The translations under genes were made by a program, and so were the position numbers. The notes under the pieces were generated by a model. It saw nothing but the letters and a program-made list of their open reading frames with translations, did no database searches and was not told the DNA's origin. Source: Ruminococcus sp. (GTDB taxonomy: Bacteria; Bacillota; Clostridia; Oscillospirales; Ruminococcaceae). Taken from it: a stretch of DNA of 64,000 nt. Location of the stretch: positions 9,535 to 73,534 of the forward strand of contig JAAVHI010000051.1 of NCBI GenBank assembly GCA_014799785.1, read 5' to 3'. Below are positions 38,397 to 47,018 of the stretch, piece after piece. How positions within the stretch are numbered: position 1 is the stretch's first letter; every line of letters begins with the position of its first letter.

Positions 38397-38412
38397 TTTT
38401 AAAATCTCCTTA

Positions 38413-38793
38413 TTAAAATTCAATTACTTTATCCAGCACAATCGTACCGAAAGCAAGCACAAAATGTTCCTCCGAAATGCCCGTGCTTGGGTGACAATTA
38501 GTATTTTTATTAAATTCAATATTGCCAATTTTTTTAATAAAATCATTCTCGCAGTTTCCGAAAACAACGTACTGACAATCCCAATATTCGATTTTATTAT
38601 CGTTGTCGATTTCGTCCCAAATAAGCTCCAGCGGACGACATATATCCACATTTAAGGATAACAGATACTCGTTTATTTCGGGAAATTTTTCTTTGATTTG
38701 TACGAAAAAATTTCTGCACCCCGCACAATCGCAGGGAAGTGATTTGTCCGATTGATAATACTCAAAATTTCTGTTCAAATTAACGTCCATCAT
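38413..38793 (-). CDS. hypothetical Cys-containing protein, strongly AT-rich
   Basis: ATGA overlap with the queE stop. CDCAGC motif. No family recognised. Confidence 0.5.
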   Translation of the reverse strand: MMDVNLNRNFEYYQSDKSLPCDCAGCRNFFVQIKEKFPEINEYLLSLNVDICRPLELIWDEIDNDNKIEYWDCQYVVFGNCENDFIKKIGNIEFNKNTNCHPSTGISEEHFVLAFGTIVLDKVIEF

Positions 38794-39458
38794 ACACCTC
38801 TCATATTCGGGTCCCAGATAAACTTGTGCATCTGAAGCTGAACATTGACCTCATTCAGCTTGTTTTCAAGCATAAAATCCACAATTTCCGCAGGCTCGAT
38901 TTCCCCGAAAACGGGACTGACATAAACCGAACATTTTCCGATAAGCCGAAACTCCCGAATAATTTCAAGAGCGCGTTCCAGATCGGCGCGGCTTCCCGCA
39001 ACAAATTTTACCGTGTCCTTTTTTTCAAGGAGGTTAAAATTTTCGGTAAGCATATGGCTCTCCATTCCGCTTGCGGGAAGCTTGTAATCCATTGTTAAAG
39101 CGGGACGTTCCCCCTTTATTTTCACAACCTCGGAAACGTCCGCAGAACCGTTCGTCTCAATCTCAACATATCTCCCCTCGCCGCAGAGCATTTCAAGCAA
39201 AGGAATAATTTCCTGCTGAATAAGCGGCTCGCCCCCTGTTACCGTAACATTTTTTATGCCGCTTTTTTTCACTTGGTCAAGAATTTCCGCCGCAGTCATT
39301 TCGGTGTATTTAGCGTCGGGGACGTTCGCCCATTTTGTGTCGCAGTAGGAGCAGTTCAGATTACAGCCCGTGAACCGAATAAAAAACGCAAGCTGTCCCG
39401 CGTGAGTTCCCTCTCCGTTAATGCTGGAAAACATTTCGGCAATTTTGTATTTGTGCAT
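38790..39458 (-). CDS. queE: 7-carboxy-7-deazaguanine synthase (radical SAM)
   Basis: ATG at 39458 gives MHKYKIAEMFSSINGEG...FIRFTGCNLNCSYCDT. The listed upstream extension is not protein-like. Confidence 0.9.
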   Translation of the reverse strand: MHKYKIAEMFSSINGEGTHAGQLAFFIRFTGCNLNCSYCDTKWANVPDAKYTEMTAAEILDQVKKSGIKNVTVTGGEPLIQQEIIPLLEMLCGEGRYVEIETNGSADVSEVVKIKGERPALTMDYKLPASGMESHMLTENFNLLEKKDTVKFVAGSRADLERALEIIREFRLIGKCSVYVSPVFGEIEPAEIVDFMLENKLNEVNVQLQMHKFIWDPNMRGV

Positions 39459-39468
39459 AAAATTCACC

Positions 39469-39888
39469 TCAATCCATAAACGTCGCGGAATTATTAGGCG
39501 TTTCGTAAACCGTAACACTGCTGACGTTGTACTCCAATTCGGAAAGTCGGTTATAAAAATACTCCGCAAAATTTTCCGCCGTTGGACGGAAATCCACCTC
39601 GATAAGACGGAAATTTTCCTCATTAAGAGCGGCAATTGTGGAAGCTTTTAAAGAACCTTTTTCATAAATAAAAGCGTGGTCGAACTCGTCCGCAAGATTT
39701 TTCAAGTCCCGCTTGATGTCTCCGAAATCCGTTACCATGCCGCGGAGCTGTCCCGAAGCCACAAGCTTCTCGGAAGCTATTTCCGCAGAAATAACCCACC
39801 TGTGACCGTGGAGATTAGAGCATTTACCCTTGTAGCCGCTCAGAAAATGCGCGCTGTCGAAAGCGGCTTCCGTTTTTAATATGTACAT
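39469..39888 (-). CDS. queD: 6-carboxytetrahydropterin synthase
   Basis: FDSAHFL...CSNLHGHRW motif. 139 aa. Confidence 0.9.
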   Translation of the reverse strand: MYILKTEAAFDSAHFLSGYKGKCSNLHGHRWVISAEIASEKLVASGQLRGMVTDFGDIKRDLKNLADEFDHAFIYEKGSLKASTIAALNEENFRLIEVDFRPTAENFAEYFYNRLSELEYNVSSVTVYETPNNSATFMD

Positions 39889-39900
39889 AAAAATTCCTCC

Positions 39901-39932
39901 AAAACAAAATGGGCGCAGTCAGACTGCACCCA
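39901..39932 (-). terminator. leader terminator hairpin just upstream of the queD RBS
   Basis: Minus strand: TGGGTGCAG-TCTGA-CTGCGCCCA followed by TTTTGTTTT. The competing stem is GACTGCA...TGCAGTC (39922..39950). Confidence 0.5.
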
Positions 39933-39987
39933 TAAAAGCAATATGCAGTCCCGGTTTTGATTTGAAAATACCGCAGGTATTTTTTAT

Positions 39988-40032
39988 TACCTTGGTTTTT
40001 TCCGCGCAGGAAGGTACAAATGAACTGCGCAT
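39988..40032 (-). promoter_or_regulatory. probable preQ1-I riboswitch aptamer
   Basis: Minus strand: GCGCAG-UUCAUUUGUACCUUC-CUGCGC-GGAAAAAACCAAGG. It has a 6-bp P1, a loop beginning UUC, the A-rich tail AAAAAACCAAGG (compare B. subtilis AAAAAACUAAGG), and loop CCUU able to pair with tail AAGG. Sits upstream of queDEC. Confidence 0.6.
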
Positions 40033-40046
40033 ATAAAATTTAAAAA

Positions 40047-40730
40047 TTATTTTTCGTCCAAAAAATTCTCGACAACACGGTTGAATTCTTCGGGATTTTT
40101 ATTTGCAATAAAATGGTCTCCCCAAATTTTGACCGTCCGCGAATTAGGTATGCTTTTGCCGATAAGCTCGGTGTGGCCGTCCTTTATCATATCTTGCGTA
40201 CCGACTATAACAAGGGTTTTCGCCGTGACCGCTGAAAGCTCGTCGGGAGAAATATTCGGCTCGTTTACCATAAGCCCCAAAAGCTCCGCGTTTTTCTTTG
40301 TCTCGGGACTTTTCTCCGCAAATTTCGAGGCAATTTTATACCCTATCTCAATTGGTATCTGTATGTGCCGTTTCACGCCGTCGGGAGAAAGATTTCCGCC
40401 GTTGAGAATAAGCCGCGAAACTCTTTCGGGGTGTTTCAGCGCAAATGTCAGCGCAATGTTCGCACCGTCGGAAAATCCCAAAATATCGGGCTTTTCAATG
40501 TTATGCTCGTCCAAGAAATTCAGCAAGTCCTCCGCAAATTGTGCAATGGTAAACGGCTTGTCCCCTCTCGGAGACTTTCCGTGCCCCCGTGTGTCAACTG
40601 CGATAACCCTGCGCCGCTTTGAAAAATATTCAAGCTGATTTGCGAAATAATCACCGTTTTCGCCGTTGCCGTGGAGAAGCACAAGCGGCTCGCCCCCGCC
40701 TTTTTCGGTGTAGCTGAGATGAATGTCCAT
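40047..40730 (-). CDS. alpha/beta-fold hydrolase
   Basis: LLHGNGEN and GFSDGAN (nucleophile elbow) motifs. ATG at 40730. Confidence 0.8.
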   Translation of the reverse strand: MDIHLSYTEKGGGEPLVLLHGNGENGDYFANQLEYFSKRRRVIAVDTRGHGKSPRGDKPFTIAQFAEDLLNFLDEHNIEKPDILGFSDGANIALTFALKHPERVSRLILNGGNLSPDGVKRHIQIPIEIGYKIASKFAEKSPETKKNAELLGLMVNEPNISPDELSAVTAKTLVIVGTQDMIKDGHTELIGKSIPNSRTVKIWGDHFIANKNPEEFNRVVENFLDEK

Positions 40731-40808
40731 AAAAATTCCTCTGAAAAGCAAACGGGCGCAGACATTACCGCGCCCGTTACGTTCAAGCATTATCGTATTT
40801 TTCCGTAA

Positions 40809-42488
40809 TCAGAAAAGTCCCGAAATATTTCCGTCGTTGTCGCAGTCGATCTTCAGCGCCGCGGGAGCCTTGGGAAGTCCCGGCATTACCATGATATCGC
40901 CTGTGAGAGCAACTACAAATCCCGCGCCTGCGGAAAGCTTTACGTCGCGGACTGTTATCACAAAGTTTTCGGGCTTGCCCAGCTTTGCGGGGTCGTCCGA
41001 AAGGGAATACTGGGTCTTTGCCACGCACACGGGGATATTGCCGTATCCAAGTCCCTCGATTTCCTTGATAGCCTTTTCAGCCTGACTTGTGTACTGCACG
41101 CCGTCCGCGCGGTAGATTTCTTTTGCAATTATCTCCAGCTTTTCCTTAATAGGCAGCTTTTCGTCGTAGAGCTGCTTGAAATTCGTCTGACAGCCCTCGC
41201 ACTTTTCAATTGTGGCGCATACCTTTTCGGCAAGGTCTGTACCGCCCTCTCCGCCCTTTGCAAAAATCTCGGCAAGGGAAACCTCCACGCCCATTTCAGC
41301 GCAGAAATCCTTTATTACCGCGATCTCGGCCTCGGTATCGGTATGGAAACGGTTTATCGCCACAACAACGGGCACGCCGAACTTGTGTATGTTCTCGATA
41401 TGTGTTTTAAGATTAACAATACCCTTTTTCAGAGCCTCAACGTTCTCGGAGGTAAGCTCCGCCTTAGGCACACCGCCGTTGTACTTCAACGCTCTGATAG
41501 TTGCAACCAGAACCGTACAGGACGGTTTCAGACCCGCAAAGCGGCACTTGATATCAAAGAATTTCTCCGCACCCAAGTCCGCGCCGAAGCCCGCTTCGGT
41601 TATGCAGTAGTCGCCAAGCTTCAAGGCAAGCTTTGTCGCTCTTACGGAGTTACAGCCGTGAGCGATATTCGCGAAAGGACCTCCGTGCATGATTGCGGGG
41701 GTATTTTCCAAAGTCTGTACAAGGTTGGGCTTTAAAGCGTCCTTTAAGAGAGCGGTCATTGCGCCGTGTGCGCCCAGATCGCGAGCGTATATGGGATTTC
41801 CGTCAAGGCTGTAGGCAACGAGGATGCGTCCCAGACGCTCTTTCAGGTCGGTAAGGTCAGAGGCAAGGCACAGAATAGCCATTACCTCGGAAGCAACGGT
41901 AATTCTGAAGCCGTCCTGACGTGGTACGCCGTTGACCTTTCCGCCCAGACCTACGACAACGTTACGGAGAGCGCGGTCGTTCATGTCGAGACAGCGGTCT
42001 ATCATGATCCTGCGCTGGTCGATGCCGAGAGCGTTGCCCTGCTGCATATGGTTGTCAAGCAGAGCGCAGAGGAGGTTGTTTGCAGCTGTGATAGCGTGCA
42101 TATCGCCTGTGAAGTGGAGGTTGATGTCCTCCATGGGAACTACCTGTGCGTAGCCGCCGCCTGCCGCTCCGCCCTTTATTCCGAAAACGGGACCGAGAGA
42201 CGGTTCGCGGAGAGCCAGTACCGCGTTTTTGCCGATTTTAGCCATTGCTTCCGCAAGACCTACCGACATGGTGGTCTTTCCCTCGCCTGCGGGAGTGGGG
42301 TTAATGGCTGTAACAAGAATCAGTTTTCCGTCGGGATTTGAAGCGGTTTTGGTATAGAGTGCTTCCGAGAGCTTAGCCTTATAGTGACCGTAAGGCTCGA
42401 TGTCGTCCTCGGAAATGCCGAGATTTTCCGCTATTCTGCCTATTTTGAGCATTTTTGCCTGCTGTGCGATTTCGATATCCGATAACAT
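40809..42488 (-). CDS. fhs: formate--tetrahydrofolate ligase
   Basis: MLSDIEIAQ..., [10 protein letters not shown]-loop, length about 559 aa. Confidence 0.95.
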   Translation of the reverse strand: MLSDIEIAQQAKMLKIGRIAENLGISEDDIEPYGHYKAKLSEALYTKTASNPDGKLILVTAINPTPAGEGKTTMSVGLAEAMAKIGKNAVLALREPSLGPVFGIKGGAAGGGYAQVVPMEDINLHFTGDMHAITAANNLLCALLDNHMQQGNALGIDQRRIMIDRCLDMNDRALRNVVVGLGGKVNGVPRQDGFRITVASEVMAILCLASDLTDLKERLGRILVAYSLDGNPIYARDLGAHGAMTALLKDALKPNLVQTLENTPAIMHGGPFANIAHGCNSVRATKLALKLGDYCITEAGFGADLGAEKFFDIKCRFAGLKPSCTVLVATIRALKYNGGVPKAELTSENVEALKKGIVNLKTHIENIHKFGVPVVVAINRFHTDTEAEIAVIKDFCAEMGVEVSLAEIFAKGGEGGTDLAEKVCATIEKCEGCQTNFKQLYDEKLPIKEKLEIIAKEIYRADGVQYTSQAEKAIKEIEGLGYGNIPVCVAKTQYSLSDDPAKLGKPENFVITVRDVKLSAGAGFVVALTGDIMVMPGLPKAPAALKIDCDNDGNISGLF

Positions 42489-42521
42489 GGAAAAATTCCC
42501 CCTGACAAAGATAATACATAC

Positions 42522-42550
42522 AGTATAGCACATTATGCCGCTTTTGCCAA
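42522..42550 (-). promoter_or_regulatory. candidate fhs promoter
   Basis: Minus strand: TTGGCA, 17 nt, TATACT. Confidence 0.45.
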
Positions 42551-42580
42551 TAGTTTATTTGTTAATTTATTTTTTACGTC

Positions 42581-42865
42581 TTAAACAGCTTCCGCACCCT
42601 TTTCGTACAGCGTTTCGGGAGCAATGTCTATTTCGCCGTCATTCCACACGGGAACGCCGTAGTCGATATAAACATTTTTAAATACCTCAGGGTCTGAAAG
42701 CGGAGCAAATCCAGGAGAAGCAAGCAGCGGTTTAAAATCGAATACCTTTGCTTCTCCGTTGTTAAACCTTGCCCACAGGCGAAAATCTTCGAGGGGACGA
42801 ACCCCGCACACGCGCAGAACGGGAGCGGGTTCTCCCGCATATGCAATGCCGTCAACAATATACAT
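42581..42865 (-). CDS. DUF2442-like small protein
   Basis: Pattern L.V.F.NG..KVFDFKPLL....F.PL.D...F..V......V.W..G.DI.PE.LY. Family recalled from memory. Confidence 0.6.
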   Translation of the reverse strand: MYIVDGIAYAGEPAPVLRVCGVRPLEDFRLWARFNNGEAKVFDFKPLLASPGFAPLSDPEVFKNVYIDYGVPVWNDGEIDIAPETLYEKGAEAV

Positions 42866-42878
42866 TTCGGTTTTCCTC

Positions 42879-43145
42879 CTATCTTAACGGTTCGATTTTT
42901 TCAAAAGGTATGCCCTGCACGGCTTTGTTCCATGCGCTGTACAGTTCGTCCTCGTGGATAGCAAGCCACGCAAGCACAAGCTTCAGCTGTTTTACGGGAA
43001 TGTTTCCCGCCAGAAGCTCGCCGTCCAAGCCGACAGAGGCTTCGTATTCGTTATAGTACACGTGTACATGGGGCTTGTGGTGCTGACTGTCGTCCTTAAA
43101 AATCATTTTTACAACTATGTTGTAAAACCTGCTCAATTCCGGCAT
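42879..43145 (-). CDS. DUF4160-like small protein
   Basis: MPELSRFYNIVVKMIF.D...H..PHVHVYY is typical of DUF4160 (family recalled from memory). Adjacent to the DUF2442-like gene, as is common for this pair. Confidence 0.6.
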   Translation of the reverse strand: MPELSRFYNIVVKMIFKDDSQHHKPHVHVYYNEYEASVGLDGELLAGNIPVKQLKLVLAWLAIHEDELYSAWNKAVQGIPFEKIEPLR

Positions 43146-43239
43146 CGTTCGGCCTCCTTTCGGCTGTAAAACGTTTTCCTGCCGTAATTATAGCACTAAT
43201 TTCGATCGCAGTCAAGATTTGATTATCGGTATTGCCGAT

Positions 43240-43419
43240 TTATTCATCAATCTTGATTTCTATTTTTCCGTGTTCATTTTCAAATTCCGCAACACGCTTT
43301 TTCAGCATCTGTTCGATTTCTTTATTTGCTGAACGTCCCTCGTACTCAGCGACATAACGGAATTTCGCAAATAAAACTCTGTCCATGCGGAGTGTGTACC
43401 GCAGAAGCTTATCCTCCAT
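43240..43419 (-). CDS. ribbon-helix-helix (Arc/CopG-like) protein, 59 aa, not in the ORF track
   Basis: My translation: MEDKLLRYTLRMDRVLFAKFRYVAEYEGRSANKEIEQMLKKRVAEFENEHGKIEIKIDE. GAGGTG RBS. Paralogous to 43465..43674 (YVADYEGRSVN...). Confidence 0.55.
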   Translation of the reverse strand: MEDKLLRYTLRMDRVLFAKFRYVAEYEGRSANKEIEQMLKKRVAEFENEHGKIEIKIDE

Positions 43420-43464
43420 ATTTGCACCTCAATTAAATCAGGTTGCCAATGATTTTGGGGTAAT

Positions 43465-43674
43465 TTATTTTTTAGCCGCAGGTTTAACGTTTTCATCACG
43501 GTCAATTGGCTGTCCGATTGTAATTTTGCCGTTATCCTCTTCAAATTTTTTAACGCTGTCCCGAACAAGCACAAGGATATGGCTGTTTACGGAACGTCCC
43601 TCATAATCCGCAACATAAGCGATTTTTTGCAGCATTTCTTCCTCAATTCGTATAGATACACTTTTTACCGCCAT
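43465..43674 (-). CDS. ribbon-helix-helix (Arc/CopG-like) protein
   Basis: VSIRIEEEMLQKIAYVADYEGRSVNSHILVLVRD has a beta-strand plus two-helix pattern. Confidence 0.6.
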   Translation of the reverse strand: MAVKSVSIRIEEEMLQKIAYVADYEGRSVNSHILVLVRDSVKKFEEDNGKITIGQPIDRDENVKPAAKK

Positions 43675-43686
43675 AAAAGCTCCTTA

Positions 43687-43983
43687 TTACTTTTTCATTA
43701 CTTTAACAAGTTCGTCAATGACCTTGCGCTGTTCTCCCGAAAGCTCGGTAACATCTATATAAATATGCGAATCATCTTCATGGCTTTTACCTAAAAGGTA
43801 ATCAACACTGCAATTGTAGACATATGAAAATTTCAGAACCGTCAATACATCAGGTGTACGCTCTCCGCGTTCGTACCCCGATATGGTAGTAGGGGCTATG
43901 CCCACACGCTCAGCGGCTTCGCGTTGTGAAATTCCGAATTTTTCACGTAATTCCCTAAGTCTTTCGGGCAATCCGTATATCAT
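43687..43983 (-). CDS. XRE-family HTH regulator
   Basis: LRELREKFGISQREAAERVGIAPTTISGYERGERTP. Confidence 0.75.
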   Translation of the reverse strand: MIYGLPERLRELREKFGISQREAAERVGIAPTTISGYERGERTPDVLTVLKFSYVYNCSVDYLLGKSHEDDSHIYIDVTELSGEQRKVIDELVKVMKK

Positions 43984-44021
43984 GCCGCATACCTCCGATT
44001 TATCTCCATAAAAGCTCCTTA

Positions 44022-44327
44022 TTATTTTGTTAATGATTCGCTCATTAAAAACAATGCTTCACGTTTTTCCTCGGACAGTATTCTGAAATTTTCAATAAGA
44101 TGCTTTTCTTTTTCGGACAGGTACATAGCTTCACCGTCTTTAAAAAGTTCGGCAAGGGTTATGCCGAAAGGAACTATAAGCTTTTCAAGGGTTTCAATTG
44201 TCGGCTGACGAGTTCCTTCTTCAATACCCTTAATGTGATGTCCCGAAATGCCGGTAATCTGCGTTAAACGGTAACGCGACATACCTTTAGATTCTCGAAG
44301 CTCCATTATACGTTTCCCCAAGTTCAA
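44022..44327 (-). CDS. XRE-family HTH regulator
   Basis: IMELRESKGMSRYRLTQITGISGHHIKGIEEGTRQP. Start is either TTG at 44327 or the ATG seven codons in. Confidence 0.7.
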   Translation of the reverse strand: MNLGKRIMELRESKGMSRYRLTQITGISGHHIKGIEEGTRQPTIETLEKLIVPFGITLAELFKDGEAMYLSEKEKHLIENFRILSEEKREALFLMSESLTK

Positions 44328-44393
44328 AAACTCTCACACCTTTCTGTACCAATTATAATACTTTAAAAATAATAAAATAATCTCCAAAAGGTA

Positions 44394-44422
44394 TTGAAAT
44401 TATTGACTTATAAGTCTATAAT
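44394..44422 (+). promoter_or_regulatory. candidate promoter containing a 12-bp perfect palindrome GACTTATAAGTC in its spacer
   Basis: TTGAAA, 17 nt, TATAAT. Palindrome at 44405..44416. A (TA)n run follows. Confidence 0.5.
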
Positions 44423-44457
44423 ATATATATATATAAACTTTTAAGGAGGAAAAATTT

Positions 44458-44673
44458 ATGAAAGCCAAAAACGCAATCAGCAAAGTAGCACAGAAAAACG
44501 GAATAAGCGTGGAAGAAGTCCGCGCGGAGATTCAAAAAACCATTGACGAGGGAATGAAAAATACCTCTCCGCAGGCAGTGGAGTTCTGGAAAAAAATCCC
44601 TCGAAAGGGCGAAAAGCCCACTCCCGAGGAATTTATCGACTATATGAGGGAATATCTGCTCAGCGAATTGTAA
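44458..44673 (+). CDS. small hypothetical protein (71 aa)
   Basis: AAGGAGG RBS. Helical, charged. No family recognised. Confidence 0.5.
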   Translation: MKAKNAISKVAQKNGISVEEVRAEIQKTIDEGMKNTSPQAVEFWKKIPRKGEKPTPEEFIDYMREYLLSEL

Positions 44674-44744
44674 TTTTTTTCTTGACCTTTTCCTCCGAAC
44701 GTAGTATAATTATTACAGAATATTTTACATTTGGAGGAATTTTT

Positions 44745-45323
44745 ATGTCAAAGACCTTTATCGTTGAAACTTCCGCACGTCACGTTCACGTAACTCAGGA
44801 GGACTTGGAGACCCTTTTCGGCAAGGGAGCCACACTCACCAAGAAGAAAGACCTTTCCCAGCCCGGTCAGTACGCCTGCGAGGAACGCGTTGAAGTTGTA
44901 GGACCCAAGAAGTCCCTTGCAAACGTTTCTATCCTCGGACCTGTTCGTCCCGCTACTCAGATCGAGCTTTCCGCTACAGACGCGCGCTCTATCGGCATTT
45001 CCGCTCCTATCCGCGAAAGCGGCGACGTTGCAGGCTCTGCGGGCTGCAAGCTTGTAGGTCCCTGCGGCGAGGTAGAGGTCAAGGAGGGCGTTATCGTTGC
45101 CAAGAGACACATTCACCTCACTCCCGCCGACGCTGAGGAGCTTGGCGTAAAGGACAAGGAAGTCGTATGGGTAAAGCTTGACACCGACGGAAGAAAGGCT
45201 ATCCTCGGCGACGTTGTTTGCCGCGTTTCGGACAAGTTCGCACGGGCTATGCACATCGACACCGACGAGGCTAACGCTGTTTCCGCAACTCCCACACTTC
45301 AGGGCGAGATCTTCAAGGTTTGA
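44745..45323 (+). CDS. pduL: phosphate propanoyl/acetyl-transferase PduL
   Basis: Duplicated SARHVHV / AKRHIHL motifs typical of PduL. Own promoter TTGACC, 17 nt, TATAAT at about 44682..44710. Confidence 0.85.
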   Translation: MSKTFIVETSARHVHVTQEDLETLFGKGATLTKKKDLSQPGQYACEERVEVVGPKKSLANVSILGPVRPATQIELSATDARSIGISAPIRESGDVAGSAGCKLVGPCGEVEVKEGVIVAKRHIHLTPADAEELGVKDKEVVWVKLDTDGRKAILGDVVCRVSDKFARAMHIDTDEANAVSATPTLQGEIFKV

Positions 45324-45425
45324 TTTTCGGCTGACGCATTTTCGTGACAAGCTTCGTACCCGTTCCGCTTTGTGATTATTTTAATACAATCGCGGGACGG
45401 GCATTTTTCTACCGAAAGGAGTACC

Positions 45426-46997
45426 ATGAAAAAGCTTAAAGACCTGCCTATAGCCTACTTTCTGCTGACAGCGGCTGTATTCTCCGCCGCGCCTGCCGTA
45501 TTTCTTTTTGTTACGGCTTCGGCAGTGCAGTCTTCCATGCCTGTAGACAGGTATAACGCGGCGGAAGTTGTGCTGATGATATTTACAGCGGTTTTCCGTA
45601 TAGCTTTATACTTCATATGGGGACGCTTTGTCACGCCGCTAAAAAAGCCTAAAAAACCCCAAAGCCGTGCCGCGCTTTATTTTATCGCGCTTTTCCCGCT
45701 GCTTGCAAAGATATTTTCGTTACTCTTTGCGGGCGCGTTTATGCCGTACAGCGATTTTTTATATCTGCTGGTAGCAGTTCCCAATCTTCCCGAAATATAC
45801 AGCCTTATCACATTCGGAACGGTCAAGGGTCTTGTTTTCAGCGTAATAGTGCACCTGATCGCTTTCGGAGCGTTTGCGGCGGGGGTAAAGGTCTCCGACC
45901 GTCTGTACGGAACGCCCCGCTTAAAGGCAAGGCTAATTCCATACGCTGTGTTCGCGGTCTGCTTCGGAGCTGCGCTGCTGTCTATGGGACATATTATCCG
46001 CATGAGAGACCTGTCTACGGTTTCCGCGGAAATGGACTACGGTCAGAGGGGCGACAACATTTACCGCACTGCCGAGGGACACGGCTTTGCGTATGAGGGC
46101 GGCTGGTCAAGCGTAAGTCTGTATCCGTACTATGTGGAAAATCCCGACAACAAGCTTGCAAAGCTTGACGAGCCGTCGGACTTCGTAATATCCGACGTTA
46201 AGCAGATGCCCGTGCTGAACGGCGCGGAAGCTGCGTACCCCATATATTCCGCGTTTGCGGAGTGCTGCTACGAAAATATCGGGCATATCCAGCAGCTGGC
46301 AAAGGAGTACAATGGAAAGATGATGCCTGTACGGTTCACCAACACGGTGGTCGGCTTTGAGGAACTTCTGACGGGCGAGACGGACATATTTTTCGGCTCA
46401 AAGCCCTCGGAGGCGCAGTACAAAATGGCGGAAGAAAAGGGCGTGGAGCTTGTTCTTACGCCCATAGGCAGCGAGGCTTTCGTCTTTTTTGTGAACAGCG
46501 AAAACCCCGTGGACGGTCTGACTTCCGACCAGATACGGAAGATATATTCGGGCGAGTACACAAGCTGGCGGCAGTTGGGCGGCTCGAACATTCCCATACT
46601 GGCGTTTCAGCGTCCAGAGGGTTCGGGGTCGCAGACAAGAATGGAGTACTTTATGGGAGACGTGCCGCTGAAAGAGCCGCTTGAGATCGAGTACGAATAT
46701 TCAATGGTGGGCGTGATAAAAGAGGTCGCAAGCTATCAGAATAAGGAGTCCGCGATAGGATACTCATTCCGGTACTATGTGTCGGAGATGTTTCATGACG
46801 ACCGTATAAAATTTCTTTCGGTGGACGGCGTATACCCCGACCCGGACGCTATCCGCGACGGGAGCTATCCTCTTTCGGGAAGTCTGTACGCCATAACCGT
46901 TAAGGACACCGATAATCCTATGGTCGAGCCGTTCCTTGAATGGATGACGGGCGAGCAGGGCAAACAAATCGTAAACCGCACGGGTTACATTGCATAA
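45426..46997 (+). CDS. polytopic membrane domain fused to a PstS-like (PBP type 2) substrate-binding domain
   Basis: About 200 aa with 5-6 hydrophobic helices. Then FTNTVVGFEELLTGETDIFFGSKPSE...DGLTSDQIRKIYSGEYTSWRQLGG...RPEGSGSQ, resembling phosphate-binding PBP_like_2. Confidence 0.65.
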   Translation: MKKLKDLPIAYFLLTAAVFSAAPAVFLFVTASAVQSSMPVDRYNAAEVVLMIFTAVFRIALYFIWGRFVTPLKKPKKPQSRAALYFIALFPLLAKIFSLLFAGAFMPYSDFLYLLVAVPNLPEIYSLITFGTVKGLVFSVIVHLIAFGAFAAGVKVSDRLYGTPRLKARLIPYAVFAVCFGAALLSMGHIIRMRDLSTVSAEMDYGQRGDNIYRTAEGHGFAYEGGWSSVSLYPYYVENPDNKLAKLDEPSDFVISDVKQMPVLNGAEAAYPIYSAFAECCYENIGHIQQLAKEYNGKMMPVRFTNTVVGFEELLTGETDIFFGSKPSEAQYKMAEEKGVELVLTPIGSEAFVFFVNSENPVDGLTSDQIRKIYSGEYTSWRQLGGSNIPILAFQRPEGSGSQTRMEYFMGDVPLKEPLEIEYEYSMVGVIKEVASYQNKESAIGYSFRYYVSEMFHDDRIKFLSVDGVYPDPDAIRDGSYPLSGSLYAITVKDTDNPMVEPFLEWMTGEQGKQIVNRTGYIA

Positions 46998-47018
46998 ATT
47001 TAGAAAGGATTTGAAAAT

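Noticed and set aside
42489-42580. THF riboswitch upstream of fhs
   Set aside because: The 92-nt spacer is filled by a promoter (TTGGCA, 17 nt, TATACT) and a short unstructured leader. It has no similarity to the THF aptamer.
44421-44436. (TA)n dinucleotide run as a possible phase-variable tract
   Set aside because: It is only about 8 units long. It lies downstream of the -10 box in an AT-rich leader, and I see no evidence of any function beyond low complexity.
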